The translations under genes were made by a program, and so were the position numbers. Of a DNA stretch of 64,000 nt, positions 27,955 through 36,797 are shown one piece after another. Source of the stretch: an uncultured Clostridia bacterium (GTDB lineage: Bacteria; Bacillota; Clostridia; Oscillospirales; Oscillospiraceae); assembly GCA_947649615.1 (NCBI GenBank), contig CANSSG010000007.1:5531-69530 (forward strand), in the 5' to 3' direction. The notes beneath the pieces are model-generated. The model saw nothing but the letters and a program-made list of their open reading frames with translations. It did not search any database and was not told the DNA's origin. The stretch's first letter is position 1. Each line of letters starts with the position of its first letter.

Positions 27955-29688
27955 CTATTTTACCATTAATTCCTTTACCAGCGCCTCGTCCGGGGTGACA
28001 TAGGCGGTCTGATAAGGGTCATAGACCACCATGCCGGGACGGGCGCCGTTGGGCTTTTTTACGTTGCGGACCTGGGTGTAATCCACCGCCACCTGGCCGC
28101 CCTCGCGGCCCTGGGAATACCACGCCGCCAGCATCGCCGCCTCCGTCATGGACTGCCCGTCCGGCTCACGGCCCTGGGTGCATAGAATAACATGGGACCC
28201 GTGTATCCGCTGGGTGTGGAACCAGTAGTCCGACTTGTACGCCTCCCGCACAAGCTGGTCGTTCTGTGTGTTGCTCCGCCCCACTAGGATACGGAAGCCC
28301 CCGCTGGACAGGAAGGCGCGGGGCCTGCCTGCGGCCCGCTTTGGCTCCTTTTTCCCCGGCGCGGGGCCTTTCAGGCACCCCGCTTCCCGCAGCTCCCGGC
28401 GGATGTCGGCAAAGTCCTGCTCCGTCTCCGCCCGGGTCAGCTCGTCCAGCACACTCTCCAGCCAGTCCCGCTCCCGCCGGGCGATGGCCATTTGCTCCGT
28501 GAGGTATACTTCCGCCGTCTTCGCCTTGTTGTACTGCTTGAAGTATTTCGCCGCGTTCTGCTGGGGCGTCAGCAGCGGGTCAAGGGGTATCTCCACCTCC
28601 GCGCAGGCCGGATCGTAGTAGTTCTGCGCCCGCAGCGCCGCCGCCCCCCGCTCCATGCGGTAGAGGTTGGCGGTGATGAGTTCGCCGTATATCCGGAGGC
28701 GGTCACGGTCTTGGGTTTGGACGTATTCCTTCTCTTGGAGGGCTAACTTGCGCTTGGCGCGGTCCCTGGCGTTGGACGCGGCGCGGCGGAGGTCCTGGCC
28801 CCGCTGGCGCACCCGCTCAAGCTGCTCCCGGGTCTCATAAAAGGCGTCCAGCATGGGGGAAAAGGCGTCCCAGGCCTGGACCTCCATGCTCCCGCCATAC
28901 TGGCGGATGGGGAGGTAGGAAAAGTCCGACGGCTTCCCCTCCCGCACCAGCATATACGGGGAAAACGCCCCCGCCAGGACGCCGGCCTGCCATTGGAAAA
29001 AGCTTTCCGCCAGTGCGGCGGCACAGCCGCCCACCGCCCCGTCCCCGCCGGCGCAGTGGGCGATTTCACGGCAGACCAGGGGCGACAGGCCGAAAAAGCT
29101 GTCCAGAAGGAAGTCGCTGGCGGGGCGTTCCGGGTTGGCCAGCGTTAAAAGGCGCTTGAAATCTTCCCGGCTGGCGGCCAGCGGGTGCGCCTTTTCCTGC
29201 GCGGGGGGCAGGTGGTAGAACAGCCCCGGCAAAACCTGCCTCCGCTCGCTCATCTCCATATCGACCCGCCGGAGGCAGTCAATAATCCGGTCCTGGCCGT
29301 CCATGAGAACCAGGTTCGAATAGCGGCCCATGCACTCCACGGCCAATTTCCGCTGGCCCTGCTCGCCCATTTCATCCACAATCTCAAAGCACAGGAGCAC
29401 AGCCCGCTCCAAGGCGGGCTGCTTGATGGACGCCAGCTTTCCGCCGGTCAGATGCTTGCGCAGGAGCATGCAAAACATGGGGGGCGAAGCCGGGTTCTCC
29501 CGGGCCGCCCGGGTCAGATGTATCCGGGCCTGATTTGCTCCCGCGCACAGCAGCAGCTTTTGGCCGCCCCGCAGGGCCAGCACGACTTGATCCCGGGCAG
29601 GCTGCTGCACCTTCTCCACCCGCGTTCCCACGATCGTATCGCGCAGTTCCCGGACTACGCCGGACATGCATACGGCATCAAATGGCAT
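27955..29688 (-). CDS. rqcH: Ribosome quality-control factor RqcH (NFACT / FbpA family)
   Basis: 577 aa, MPFDAVCMSGVVRELRDTIVGTRVEKVQQPARDQVVLALRG.... The C-terminal part reads ...DYWFHTQRIHGSHVIL (NFACT-R). Confidence 0.88.
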   Translation of the reverse strand: MPFDAVCMSGVVRELRDTIVGTRVEKVQQPARDQVVLALRGGQKLLLCAGANQARIHLTRAARENPASPPMFCMLLRKHLTGGKLASIKQPALERAVLLCFEIVDEMGEQGQRKLAVECMGRYSNLVLMDGQDRIIDCLRRVDMEMSERRQVLPGLFYHLPPAQEKAHPLAASREDFKRLLTLANPERPASDFLLDSFFGLSPLVCREIAHCAGGDGAVGGCAAALAESFFQWQAGVLAGAFSPYMLVREGKPSDFSYLPIRQYGGSMEVQAWDAFSPMLDAFYETREQLERVRQRGQDLRRAASNARDRAKRKLALQEKEYVQTQDRDRLRIYGELITANLYRMERGAAALRAQNYYDPACAEVEIPLDPLLTPQQNAAKYFKQYNKAKTAEVYLTEQMAIARRERDWLESVLDELTRAETEQDFADIRRELREAGCLKGPAPGKKEPKRAAGRPRAFLSSGGFRILVGRSNTQNDQLVREAYKSDYWFHTQRIHGSHVILCTQGREPDGQSMTEAAMLAAWYSQGREGGQVAVDYTQVRNVKKPNGARPGMVVYDPYQTAYVTPDEALVKELMVK

Positions 29689-30106
29689 CGTTTTCTTCCT
29701 CCATCATGACGTTAAAAAGTTCGTTGATCCGTTCCCGTTTTCCCCGCAGGTACAAGTCCCCCAGCAGGCACTCCAACGCCGTCGCCTTCAGATAATCGCT
29801 CCGGCTGGCGTTGTGGGGGATGGTATGGACGTGGGCGTTGCGGCCCCGCTTATAAACCGCCGATTCCTCCGGCGTCAGAAGCGGCAGGATGCGCTCCGCC
29901 CGGCGGGCCTGAGACGGGGCGCGGACAAGCTCTACGGCAGCGCGGTGCAGGCCCTTCCCCGTAGCCCGGCCGTGGGCGCACAGCCAGGTGCGGACCAGCA
30001 GCTCATACACCCCGTCCCCTAAATGGGCCAGGCCAATGCTGCTGATGGCCCGAATCTGGTCGTCGGCCAGGCGGATATGAAAATAATCGTTCATGTCAGA
30101 CCTCAA
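29678..30106 (-). CDS. mrnC: Mini-ribonuclease 3
   Basis: 142 aa with ISSIGLAHLGDGVYELLVRTWL (RNase III-like signature). 11-nt overlap with the rqcH start. Confidence 0.88.
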   Translation of the reverse strand: MRSDMNDYFHIRLADDQIRAISSIGLAHLGDGVYELLVRTWLCAHGRATGKGLHRAAVELVRAPSQARRAERILPLLTPEESAVYKRGRNAHVHTIPHNASRSDYLKATALECLLGDLYLRGKRERINELFNVMMEEENDAI

Positions 30107-30153
30107 TTCTCCGTTATGTTTCCACGCGGAATGATGTATATTACAATACTTGT

Positions 30154-30182
30154 ATCATATAGAGATTCCATTTGGTTGTCAA
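30154..30182 (-). promoter_or_regulatory. Promoter TTGACA-17-TATGAT for mrnC-rqcH
   Basis: Minus strand: -35 at 30182-30177 and -10 at 30159-30154. Confidence 0.6.
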
Positions 30183-30282
30183 TTCCTTTTGCGCGGGGCG
30201 GAGATCCGCGCAGGAGGAAAAGCCCGCGCAAATTCCCCCGCTCCCGCCCCCTTCTTTTGTGTATGTTTTCCCCAAATCCCGC

Positions 30283-30311
30283 TTGCGGTTTTTAGGAAAA
30301 AGTGCTATATT
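30283..30311 (+). promoter_or_regulatory. Promoter TTGCGG-17-TATATT
   Basis: -35 at 30283-30288 and -10 at 30306-30311, 43 nt upstream of the antiporter ATG. Confidence 0.5.
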
Positions 30312-30353
30312 ACCTCTGTTCCATTTTTGAGAAGAGAGAAACGAGGTATTCTT

Positions 30354-31640
30354 ATGCAAGTCCTGATTTCCCTGTCCTTTTCCCTGGTCGGCGGGCTGCT
30401 GATGTCCCGCCTGGCTAAAAAGCTGAACCTGCCCGCCGTTACCGCTTATCTGGTGGCTGGGCTGCTGCTTGGACCCTACTGCATCGGCGCACTGAACTTC
30501 CTGGAAATTGGGTTTAACACCCCCCAGGAAGTGACAGATCTGGACGTGATCTCCCAGGTAGCCTTGGGCTTCATCGCCTTTACCATCGGCAATGAGTTCC
30601 GGCTGGAACAGCTCAGGCATATGGGCAGGCAGGCCATCACCGTAGGCATCGCCCAGGCGGTGTTTACCACCGCCCTGGTGGATATCGCGCTGGTCGCCCT
30701 GCACTTCATCAACCCCGCCCTGATTTCCATTTCCTCCGCCATCACCCTGGGCGCCATCGCCGCCGCCACCGCCCCCGCCGCAACCCTGATGGTGGTGCGT
30801 CAGTATAAGGCCGACGGCCCGCTGACCAAGCTGCTGCTGCTGGTCGTGGCTATCGACGACGCGGTGGGCTTGGTGCTGTTCTCCGCTTCCTTCGGCGTAG
30901 CCATGGCGCTGGAAAGCGGCGCCGTGAGCCTGGTGACCGTGCTGGTGGAGCCGCTGGTGGAGATTGTGCTGTCCCTCCTGCTGGGGGGGATCGCCGGCTG
31001 GGTATTATTCCGGGTGGAGAAATATTTCTACTCCCGCAGCAAGCGCCTGTCCATTTCCATTGGCTTCGTACTGCTGACCGTAGGCCTGTCCATGGCGGAG
31101 TTCGAGGCAGGCGGCATCCATTGCAGCTTCAGCCTGCTGCTGGTGTGCATGATGACCGGCACGGTGTTCTGCAACATCTGCGACTTCTCCGAGGAGCTGA
31201 TGGGCCGCGTGGACGGCTGGACCGCGCCGCTGTTCGTGCTGTTTTTCGTCCTGTCCGGCGCGGAACTGAACCTCAAGGTGCTGTCCAATCCACTGGTGCT
31301 GCTGGTGGGGGCCGTGTATATCGTGTTCCGCTCCCTGGGAAAATATTTGGGCGCATACGGAAGCTGCAAGGCTACCGGGTGTAGCGAGAGCATTACCAAG
31401 CACCTGGGCGTCACCCTGCTGCCCCAGGCCGGCGTAGCGCTGGGCATGGCCCTGACGGCGCAGCGGCTCGCAGGCGGCGAGGTGGTGCGCAATGTGGTCC
31501 TGTTCTCCGTCCTGGTCTATGAATTGGTGGGACCTGCCCTGACAAAACGGTCTCTCATCGCCGCGGGAGAAATCAAGGTGGAGGGCCGCACCAACGCGCG
31601 TACCAAGAATACGCCGAAAAAACCCCTGCATTTGGGCTGA
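30354..31640 (+). CDS. Cation:proton antiporter (Na+/H+ exchanger family)
   Basis: MQVLISLSFSLVGGLLMSRLAKKLNLPAVTAYLVAGLLLGPY... is the typical CPA N-terminus. Polytopic, 428 aa. The start is internal to the track ORF. Confidence 0.85.
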   Translation: MQVLISLSFSLVGGLLMSRLAKKLNLPAVTAYLVAGLLLGPYCIGALNFLEIGFNTPQEVTDLDVISQVALGFIAFTIGNEFRLEQLRHMGRQAITVGIAQAVFTTALVDIALVALHFINPALISISSAITLGAIAAATAPAATLMVVRQYKADGPLTKLLLLVVAIDDAVGLVLFSASFGVAMALESGAVSLVTVLVEPLVEIVLSLLLGGIAGWVLFRVEKYFYSRSKRLSISIGFVLLTVGLSMAEFEAGGIHCSFSLLLVCMMTGTVFCNICDFSEELMGRVDGWTAPLFVLFFVLSGAELNLKVLSNPLVLLVGAVYIVFRSLGKYLGAYGSCKATGCSESITKHLGVTLLPQAGVALGMALTAQRLAGGEVVRNVVLFSVLVYELVGPALTKRSLIAAGEIKVEGRTNARTKNTPKKPLHLG

Positions 31641-31666
31641 CAGGCAAAATTTCCCAGAATCTTTAC

Positions 31667-31695
31667 TTGACATTTTCGTCAGCGAATGGTATGCT
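31667..31695 (+). promoter_or_regulatory. Promoter TTGACA-17-TATGCT followed by a roughly 115-nt 5' UTR
   Basis: -35 at 31667-31672 and -10 at 31690-31695. A long leader is typical of csp genes. Confidence 0.65.
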
Positions 31696-31814
31696 AAGAC
31701 TGTGTTCAAAAATGTACAAATTAGTCACCGCATGGCGAAACCACAGTCCGTCTTCCGGCTTTGCCGCAGTGGGCTTCTTTGCATTTACTATTATTCTTAG
31801 GAGGCAATCACACA

Positions 31815-32027
31815 ATGAATAACGGAACTGTTAAATGGTTCAACGCGGAGAAGGGCTATGGCTTTATCTCCAACGACGATGGGAGCGGCGACGTTTTTGT
31901 CCATTTTTCCGCCATCCAGGGTACCGGATACCGCACCCTCAGCGAGGGGCAGAAGGTTACCTACGAGGTAGAGCCGGACCCCAAAAACAGCAGCAAGCTC
32001 CGCGCCGTGAACGTCACCCCGGTCTGA
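31815..32027 (+). CDS. cspA: Cold-shock protein (CspA family)
   Basis: [35 protein letters not shown]... contains the RNP1 and RNP2 motifs. RBS AGGAGG. Confidence 0.95.
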   Translation: MNNGTVKWFNAEKGYGFISNDDGSGDVFVHFSAIQGTGYRTLSEGQKVTYEVEPDPKNSSKLRAVNVTPV

Positions 32028-32050
32028 TTTTCCGAAAGCGCGAAAAACAC

Positions 32051-32085
32051 GAGCGGCCCTCCGTTGGGAGGGCCGCTCTATTTTT
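32051..32085 (+). terminator. Intrinsic terminator
   Basis: GAGCGGCCCTCC-GTTG-GGAGGGCCGCTC followed by TATTTTT. Confidence 0.85.
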
Positions 32086-32138
32086 ATCAACCAGGAGATT
32101 TCCGCCTTGCAGCCGGGATAGGGGACCGGGAAAAAACT

Positions 32139-32534
32139 TCATTTTTCCTGCGGCTCCCCCCTGCCCATGGCTTGCAGGATATGATCCTTTAGCCGCTGGA
32201 AGGTTTCATCGCTTATATCGTGCTCAATCTTGCAGGCGTCGGCCGCCGCCGCCGCCTCGTCCACCCCCAGGTAGATGAAAAAACCGGTCAGTATTTGATG
32301 CCGCTCATATATCCGGCCCGCAATCCGTTCGCCGGAAGGCAGCAGGTGGATGAAGCCATCCGCGTCCACCTCGATGTGGCCGCTCTCCCGCAGCTTTTTC
32401 ATGGCCACACTGACGCTGGGCTTGGAAAAATTCAATTCGTTGGCGACGTCAATAGAGCGGACCGCGCCCCGGCGGTTCTGAACTACCAGGATAGCCTCCA
32501 AATAATCCTCCGCAGATTCGTATATGTGCAGCAT
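32139..32534 (-). CDS. mntR: DtxR/MntR-family metal-dependent transcriptional regulator
   Basis: MLHIYESAEDYLEAILVVQNRRGAVRSIDVANELNFSKPSVSVAMKKLRESGHI.... RBS GGAGGA lies 7 nt upstream of the ATG at 32534. Confidence 0.85.
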   Translation of the reverse strand: MLHIYESAEDYLEAILVVQNRRGAVRSIDVANELNFSKPSVSVAMKKLRESGHIEVDADGFIHLLPSGERIAGRIYERHQILTGFFIYLGVDEAAAAADACKIEHDISDETFQRLKDHILQAMGRGEPQEK

Positions 32535-32570
32535 TCCCAATTCCTCCGTCATTCTTTCGCACGGCATGCC

Positions 32571-34700
32571 TTACCGTCCGACGAACACCATCACGCTCCG
32601 GGGACGGATGGTGAACCCGCCGGATAACTCCCGGGACGGCTCAATGGGCCGCTCCTCCCAGGTGTCCACCGCCAGCGTCCAGCAGGCCGAAGCCGGCAGC
32701 TCCGGCAGGCAGACACTCAGCTCCTCCCACCAGGCGTTGGACGCGACATAAACTGCCTTCGGCCCCGCGCCCCGCTCGCCGCCGGTGAACAGTACGCCTA
32801 CATACCGGTCATGCTCCCCGTAGCCGCCGCAGTGGCCGGCGACGCCGTAAAAGCTTACGTCCGGAAAGCCCCAGCACCCGTCGCTGACGTTGGTGCGCAA
32901 AACGCGGTGCTCCTGGCGGAAGCGGATCATGCGCTGGCAGAACTGGAACATGTCCCGGTTCTTCTCCAGCAGCGTCCAGTCCAGCCATGAGGTGATGTTG
33001 TCCTGGCAATAGGCGTTGTTGTTGCCGAATTGGGTATTAAAAAACTCGTCCCCGGCCAGGAACATGGGGGTGCCGCGGCTGCACATCAGCAGCGCGAAGG
33101 CGTTGCGGCACATCCGCCGCCGGAGGGCGTTGATGCCCGGGTCTCCGGTATCCCCTTCCGCACCGCAGTTCCAGCTATTGTTGTCGTTGGCCCCGTCGGT
33201 GTTGTTCCAGCCGTTTTTCTCGTTGTGCTTGGCGTTGTAAGAGTACAAATCCCACAGCGTAAAGCCGTCGTGGCAGGTGATGAAGTTTACCGAAGCATCC
33301 TTGCGGCCCGGGTCGGCGTACATGTCCCGGCTGCCGATCATCCGCAGGGCGGCGGCGTGGGCAAAGCCCTGATCCCCCTTTAAGTACCGGCGCATATCGT
33401 CCCGGTAGCGGCCGTTCCACTCCGCCCAGCGGTTCCAGGAGGGGAAAGAGCCTACCTGATACAATCCCCCCGCGTCCCAGGCCTCCGCAATCAGCTTCAC
33501 ATCCCCTAAAATGGGGTCGAACGCCATGGCTTGCAGCAACGGGGGCTTGTTCATAGGGGAGCCGTCCTCGTTGCGGCCTAAAATGGAGGCCAGGTCGAAC
33601 CGGAAGCCGTCCACCCGGAAAGCCGTCACCCAGTAGCGCAGGCAGTTCATAATCATCTGATGGACGATGGGGTGGTTGCAGTTGAGGGTGTTGCCGCATC
33701 CGCTGAAATTGTAATACTTGCCGTCCGGGGTCAGCAAATAGTAGATGTTGTTGTCAAATCCCTTAAAGGAGAAAAACGGCCCCCGCTCGTTGCCCTCGGC
33801 GGTGTGGTTGAACACCACGTCCAGATAGACCTCGATCCCCTGCTGGTGGCAGGCCAGAATCAGGTTTTTCAGCTCGCTGCCCTCCCGGTTGTACTCTAAC
33901 CCGGCGGCATAGCTGGTATTGGGGGCGAAGAAGCTGACGGTACTGTAGCCCCAGTAGTTATAGAGCTTCTGCCCGTCCACCTCCCGGTAGTCCTGCATCT
34001 CATCAAATTCGAAAATAGGCATCAGCTCAATGGCGTTGACACCCAGCTCTTTGAGATAAGGCAGCTTTTCCATCAGCCCGGCGAAGGTGCCCGGGTGCTT
34101 GACGCCGGAGGACGCGTCCCTGGTAAAGCCGCGGACATGAAGCTCATAGATTACTAGGTCTTCCATAGGGATCAGGGGCGCTTCCAGATCACCCCAGTCA
34201 AAGTCATCCTTTACCACCCTGGCTTTGTAATGCTGGCCGTGGGGCGATGTGCTGCCCCATCCGCTCTGGCCTGTGACGGCCTTGGCGTAGGGGTCCAGCA
34301 GGTATTTGCTCTTGTCGAAAATTTTCCCCTTTTCCGGCTCATAGGGGCCGTCCACCCGGTAGGCGTACTCAAAATCCTCTATGTTCAGCTTAAATACGAT
34401 CATCGAATAGACGTTGCCGATGCGGTAGTTCTGAGGGATGGGCAGGACGGCGTACGGCTCCGATTCCTCCCGGTGAAACAGCAGCAGCTCGATGGACGCG
34501 GCCCCATGGGAGTAGACTGTAAAGTTTACCCCGCCGGGGATAGCCGTGGCCCCATTGATCTCATAAAACCCGGGGCGGACGGCAAAGCCATCGATGTAGT
34601 TTAAGGGGATCAGGTGGATGGTGCGGGGCAGGTTGAATTTCTCAACCAAAGGCGTCCCATCCGGCACAGCCGGGACGGCCTTGGAAGTCTCTTTGGCCAT
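32571..34700 (-). CDS. glgX: GH13 glycogen-debranching enzyme / isoamylase (GlgX-like)
   Basis: Start at MAKETSK (ATG at 34700). Conserved GH13 regions: VYLDVVFNHTAEG, GFRFDLASILGR, LIAEAWD, FITCHDGFTLWD. The track ORF extension to 35195 overlaps the ZIP gene and is not real. Confidence 0.88.
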   Translation of the reverse strand: MAKETSKAVPAVPDGTPLVEKFNLPRTIHLIPLNYIDGFAVRPGFYEINGATAIPGGVNFTVYSHGAASIELLLFHREESEPYAVLPIPQNYRIGNVYSMIVFKLNIEDFEYAYRVDGPYEPEKGKIFDKSKYLLDPYAKAVTGQSGWGSTSPHGQHYKARVVKDDFDWGDLEAPLIPMEDLVIYELHVRGFTRDASSGVKHPGTFAGLMEKLPYLKELGVNAIELMPIFEFDEMQDYREVDGQKLYNYWGYSTVSFFAPNTSYAAGLEYNREGSELKNLILACHQQGIEVYLDVVFNHTAEGNERGPFFSFKGFDNNIYYLLTPDGKYYNFSGCGNTLNCNHPIVHQMIMNCLRYWVTAFRVDGFRFDLASILGRNEDGSPMNKPPLLQAMAFDPILGDVKLIAEAWDAGGLYQVGSFPSWNRWAEWNGRYRDDMRRYLKGDQGFAHAAALRMIGSRDMYADPGRKDASVNFITCHDGFTLWDLYSYNAKHNEKNGWNNTDGANDNNSWNCGAEGDTGDPGINALRRRMCRNAFALLMCSRGTPMFLAGDEFFNTQFGNNNAYCQDNITSWLDWTLLEKNRDMFQFCQRMIRFRQEHRVLRTNVSDGCWGFPDVSFYGVAGHCGGYGEHDRYVGVLFTGGERGAGPKAVYVASNAWWEELSVCLPELPASACWTLAVDTWEERPIEPSRELSGGFTIRPRSVMVFVGR

Positions 34701-34723
34701 GGAATCACTCCTCTCTTCGTTCT

Positions 34724-35566
34724 TTAATGGATATGCGTGAAAATCAGCGCCATGCCCAGCAGCATCCCCAGCATGGTGGACAGGCCTGACAAGCGGTTCT
34801 GCCAGAGCTGCTCCGACTCCGGTAGCAGCTCGCCGAAAATCACGTACAGCATGGCCCCGGCGGCAAAGCTGAGGGATATTGCCAGCAGCAGGGGGTTCAT
34901 CGTCCCCGCGCCGTAGCCCAACAGCGCGCCTAAGATGGTGGGCAGGCCGCTGAGGGCGGCGATGCCCACGGCTCCGGCAGGCTTGCCGCCCCCCGCCAGA
35001 AGGGGCGCGGCGATGCTCATGCCCTCGGGGATGTTGTGCAGGCCGATAATCAGCGCCGCCAAGATGCCCCCGCCGCCGTGGGCCGCCCCGGCAAAGGTCG
35101 CGCCGATCGCCATGCCTACCGGCATGTTGTGCAGCGCCACCGCCGCCGCCAGTACAAGGCCCGCCGTATGGAGGGTGTGGTGGCCGCAGGCGCATAACGC
35201 GCCGTTGTCATGGCCCGCGTGGGCGCGGCCGTGGCTGTGTTCATGCGGATGGCCGTGCTCGTGGGCATGGCCGCCGTGGGCGTGGGTGTGGTGGGCCTGC
35301 TTGTCAATCCAGCAGTTGAGCAGGTAGGTACATAGATACCCTATTAATATCCAGCAAAGGACGGGAAGGGCATCCGACTCCGCCGCCGCGTCTGCCACCA
35401 GGTCGAAGCAGACCACGCTGAGCATCACCCCCGCCGTAAAGCGCAGGAGGAGACTTACCGTCTTGTCCGAAGGGCTGTGGACCGCCGCGGCCAGTCCGCC
35501 GCCCAGGGCCAGCCCGCCTACGCCGGTGGCCGCAGTGATGAGGAATATGGTCAGGTAGGTGTTCAT
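34724..35566 (-). CDS. ZIP-family metal (Zn/Mn/Fe) transporter with His-rich loop
   Basis: 280-aa polytopic protein. The loop reads HHTHAHGGHAHEHGHPHEHSHGRAHAGHD. Also HNIPEGMSI and HNMPVGMAI, which are ZIP signatures. Confidence 0.88.
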   Translation of the reverse strand: MNTYLTIFLITAATGVGGLALGGGLAAAVHSPSDKTVSLLLRFTAGVMLSVVCFDLVADAAAESDALPVLCWILIGYLCTYLLNCWIDKQAHHTHAHGGHAHEHGHPHEHSHGRAHAGHDNGALCACGHHTLHTAGLVLAAAVALHNMPVGMAIGATFAGAAHGGGGILAALIIGLHNIPEGMSIAAPLLAGGGKPAGAVGIAALSGLPTILGALLGYGAGTMNPLLLAISLSFAAGAMLYVIFGELLPESEQLWQNRLSGLSTMLGMLLGMALIFTHIH

Positions 35567-35701
35567 AGCGTTCTCCCGGTATTTTCTCGTGTTTTGCTAG
35601 GAAGCAGTATAACAGATAACCGGGAAAAAGGCAAACAAAATTGGGCGGATAGGATAAAAAATCCGGTTTTTGGGACAAGGCGGTTCAGAAAGCGGAGCAG
35701 G

Positions 35702-36145
35702 CTACCTGCGCAGGCCGCGAAAAAAGTCCGCCAGAACCAGCCGGCATTCCTCCTCCAGTATGCCGCCTACCAAGGCGGGGGGATGGGGGAAATCCTCCAT
35801 AAACAGGTTCAGCACCCCGCCGCAGGCGCCCATGGCGGAGTCCCTGGCCCCGTAGTAGACCTTGGGAATGCGGGCATTCAAAATCGCTCCTGCGCACATG
35901 GGGCATGGCTCCAGGGTGACATACAGCGCGCAGTCCTCCAGGCGCCAGGAGCGGAGGGCGGCGTTGGCCTCCGTGATGGCCTCGATTTCAGCGTGGGAGA
36001 GGGCGGAATGCTTTTCTTCCCGCCGGTTGCGGCCCCGGCCTATGACCCCGCCATCATGGACTATGACGCAGCCTACGGGGACCTCGCCTGCGGCGGCGGC
36101 TTCCCGGGCTAAAAGCAGCGCTTGGTGCATGTAGAATTCGTGCAT
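35702..36145 (-). CDS. tadA: tRNA-specific adenosine deaminase
   Basis: HAEIEAI...PCPMCAGAI deaminase zinc motifs; 147 aa. Confidence 0.93.
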   Translation of the reverse strand: MHEFYMHQALLLAREAAAAGEVPVGCVIVHDGGVIGRGRNRREEKHSALSHAEIEAITEANAALRSWRLEDCALYVTLEPCPMCAGAILNARIPKVYYGARDSAMGACGGVLNLFMEDFPHPPALVGGILEEECRLVLADFFRGLRR

Positions 36146-36242
36146 GGGGAAAAACTCCTTTTCCGAAAATCCGGGCGGCGTTTAAATGTTGGAATATTTG
36201 TCCAAACTAAACCATAAGTTAGGAACCAAGGAGGGATTTTCC

Positions 36243-36512
36243 ATGAAACGTATTTCCCCCATCCGCAGCCGAAGCGCGGAATCCCCGGCGTTATTGGAAT
36301 TAAAGACAAGCCTACAGGAAACCCAGACCGCCTTGAGCCACGCGTATACTGCCTTTGACTACGCCAGCGACCCGGAACTGACGGAGGCATGCATCTATGA
36401 GATCCAATCCCTTCAGGCGAGGATGAATTACCTGGTCCGGCGGATCAAGGAGATGGAGGTCTGCGCGGCCACGGCGGCGGGCGTCCCAGCGGGAAGGGGC
36501 AGGTGGGCTTGA
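36243..36512 (+). CDS. DUF2508 (YaaL-like) protein
   Basis: MKRISPIRS...AFDYASDPELTEACIYEIQSLQARMNYLVRRIKE. Lies immediately upstream of bofA, as yaaL-bofA does in Bacillus. RBS AAGGAGGG. Confidence 0.6.
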   Translation: MKRISPIRSRSAESPALLELKTSLQETQTALSHAYTAFDYASDPELTEACIYEIQSLQARMNYLVRRIKEMEVCAATAAGVPAGRGRWA

Positions 36513-36757
36513 TGTTTACTGTCCTTGCCGCCGCGGCGGTGCTGGCCCTGGGCGTCAGGGCCGCCGTCGGGAGGGAGGGATTCCTCCCGGCGGCGGTCAA
36601 CGGCATCCTGGGGCTTGCCGCCCTGCTGGCGGTAAACCTTTCCTCTCAGTTTACCGGGGTGCATTTAGGGTTTAATGTCTTTAACGGCGTAGTCGCGGGG
36701 ATTTTGGGCATCCCCGGCGTCGTCCTTCTCGTCCTTGTCCAGTGGGTGCTTACATAA
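36512..36757 (+). CDS. bofA: Pro-sigmaK processing inhibitor BofA
   Basis: ...GILGLAALLAVNLSSQFTGVHLGFNVFNGVVAGILGIPGVVLLVLV, with the BofA GILGIPG motif. The ATG overlaps the upstream TGA; a GTG at 36503 is an alternative start. Confidence 0.85.
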   Translation: MFTVLAAAAVLALGVRAAVGREGFLPAAVNGILGLAALLAVNLSSQFTGVHLGFNVFNGVVAGILGIPGVVLLVLVQWVLT

Positions 36758-36797
36758 GCGGACCCTTTGGGTCCGCCCTGCGTGTCAAGAAGGCGGG

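Noticed and set aside
34701-35195. N-terminal 165-aa extension of the glgX ORF in the track (32571-35195).
   Set aside because: The extension overlaps the ZIP transporter gene in another frame and is Arg/Gly/Pro-rich. A good start (MAKETSK, ATG at 34700) lies right where GH13 homology would begin.
35567-35701. Possible SRP (scr) RNA downstream of tadA, by analogy with B. subtilis tadA-scr synteny.
   Set aside because: I looked for the conserved domain IV sequence (…GGUCCGGAAGGAAGCAGCC…-like) on both strands and did not find it. The gap looks like a promoter region for the ZIP gene.
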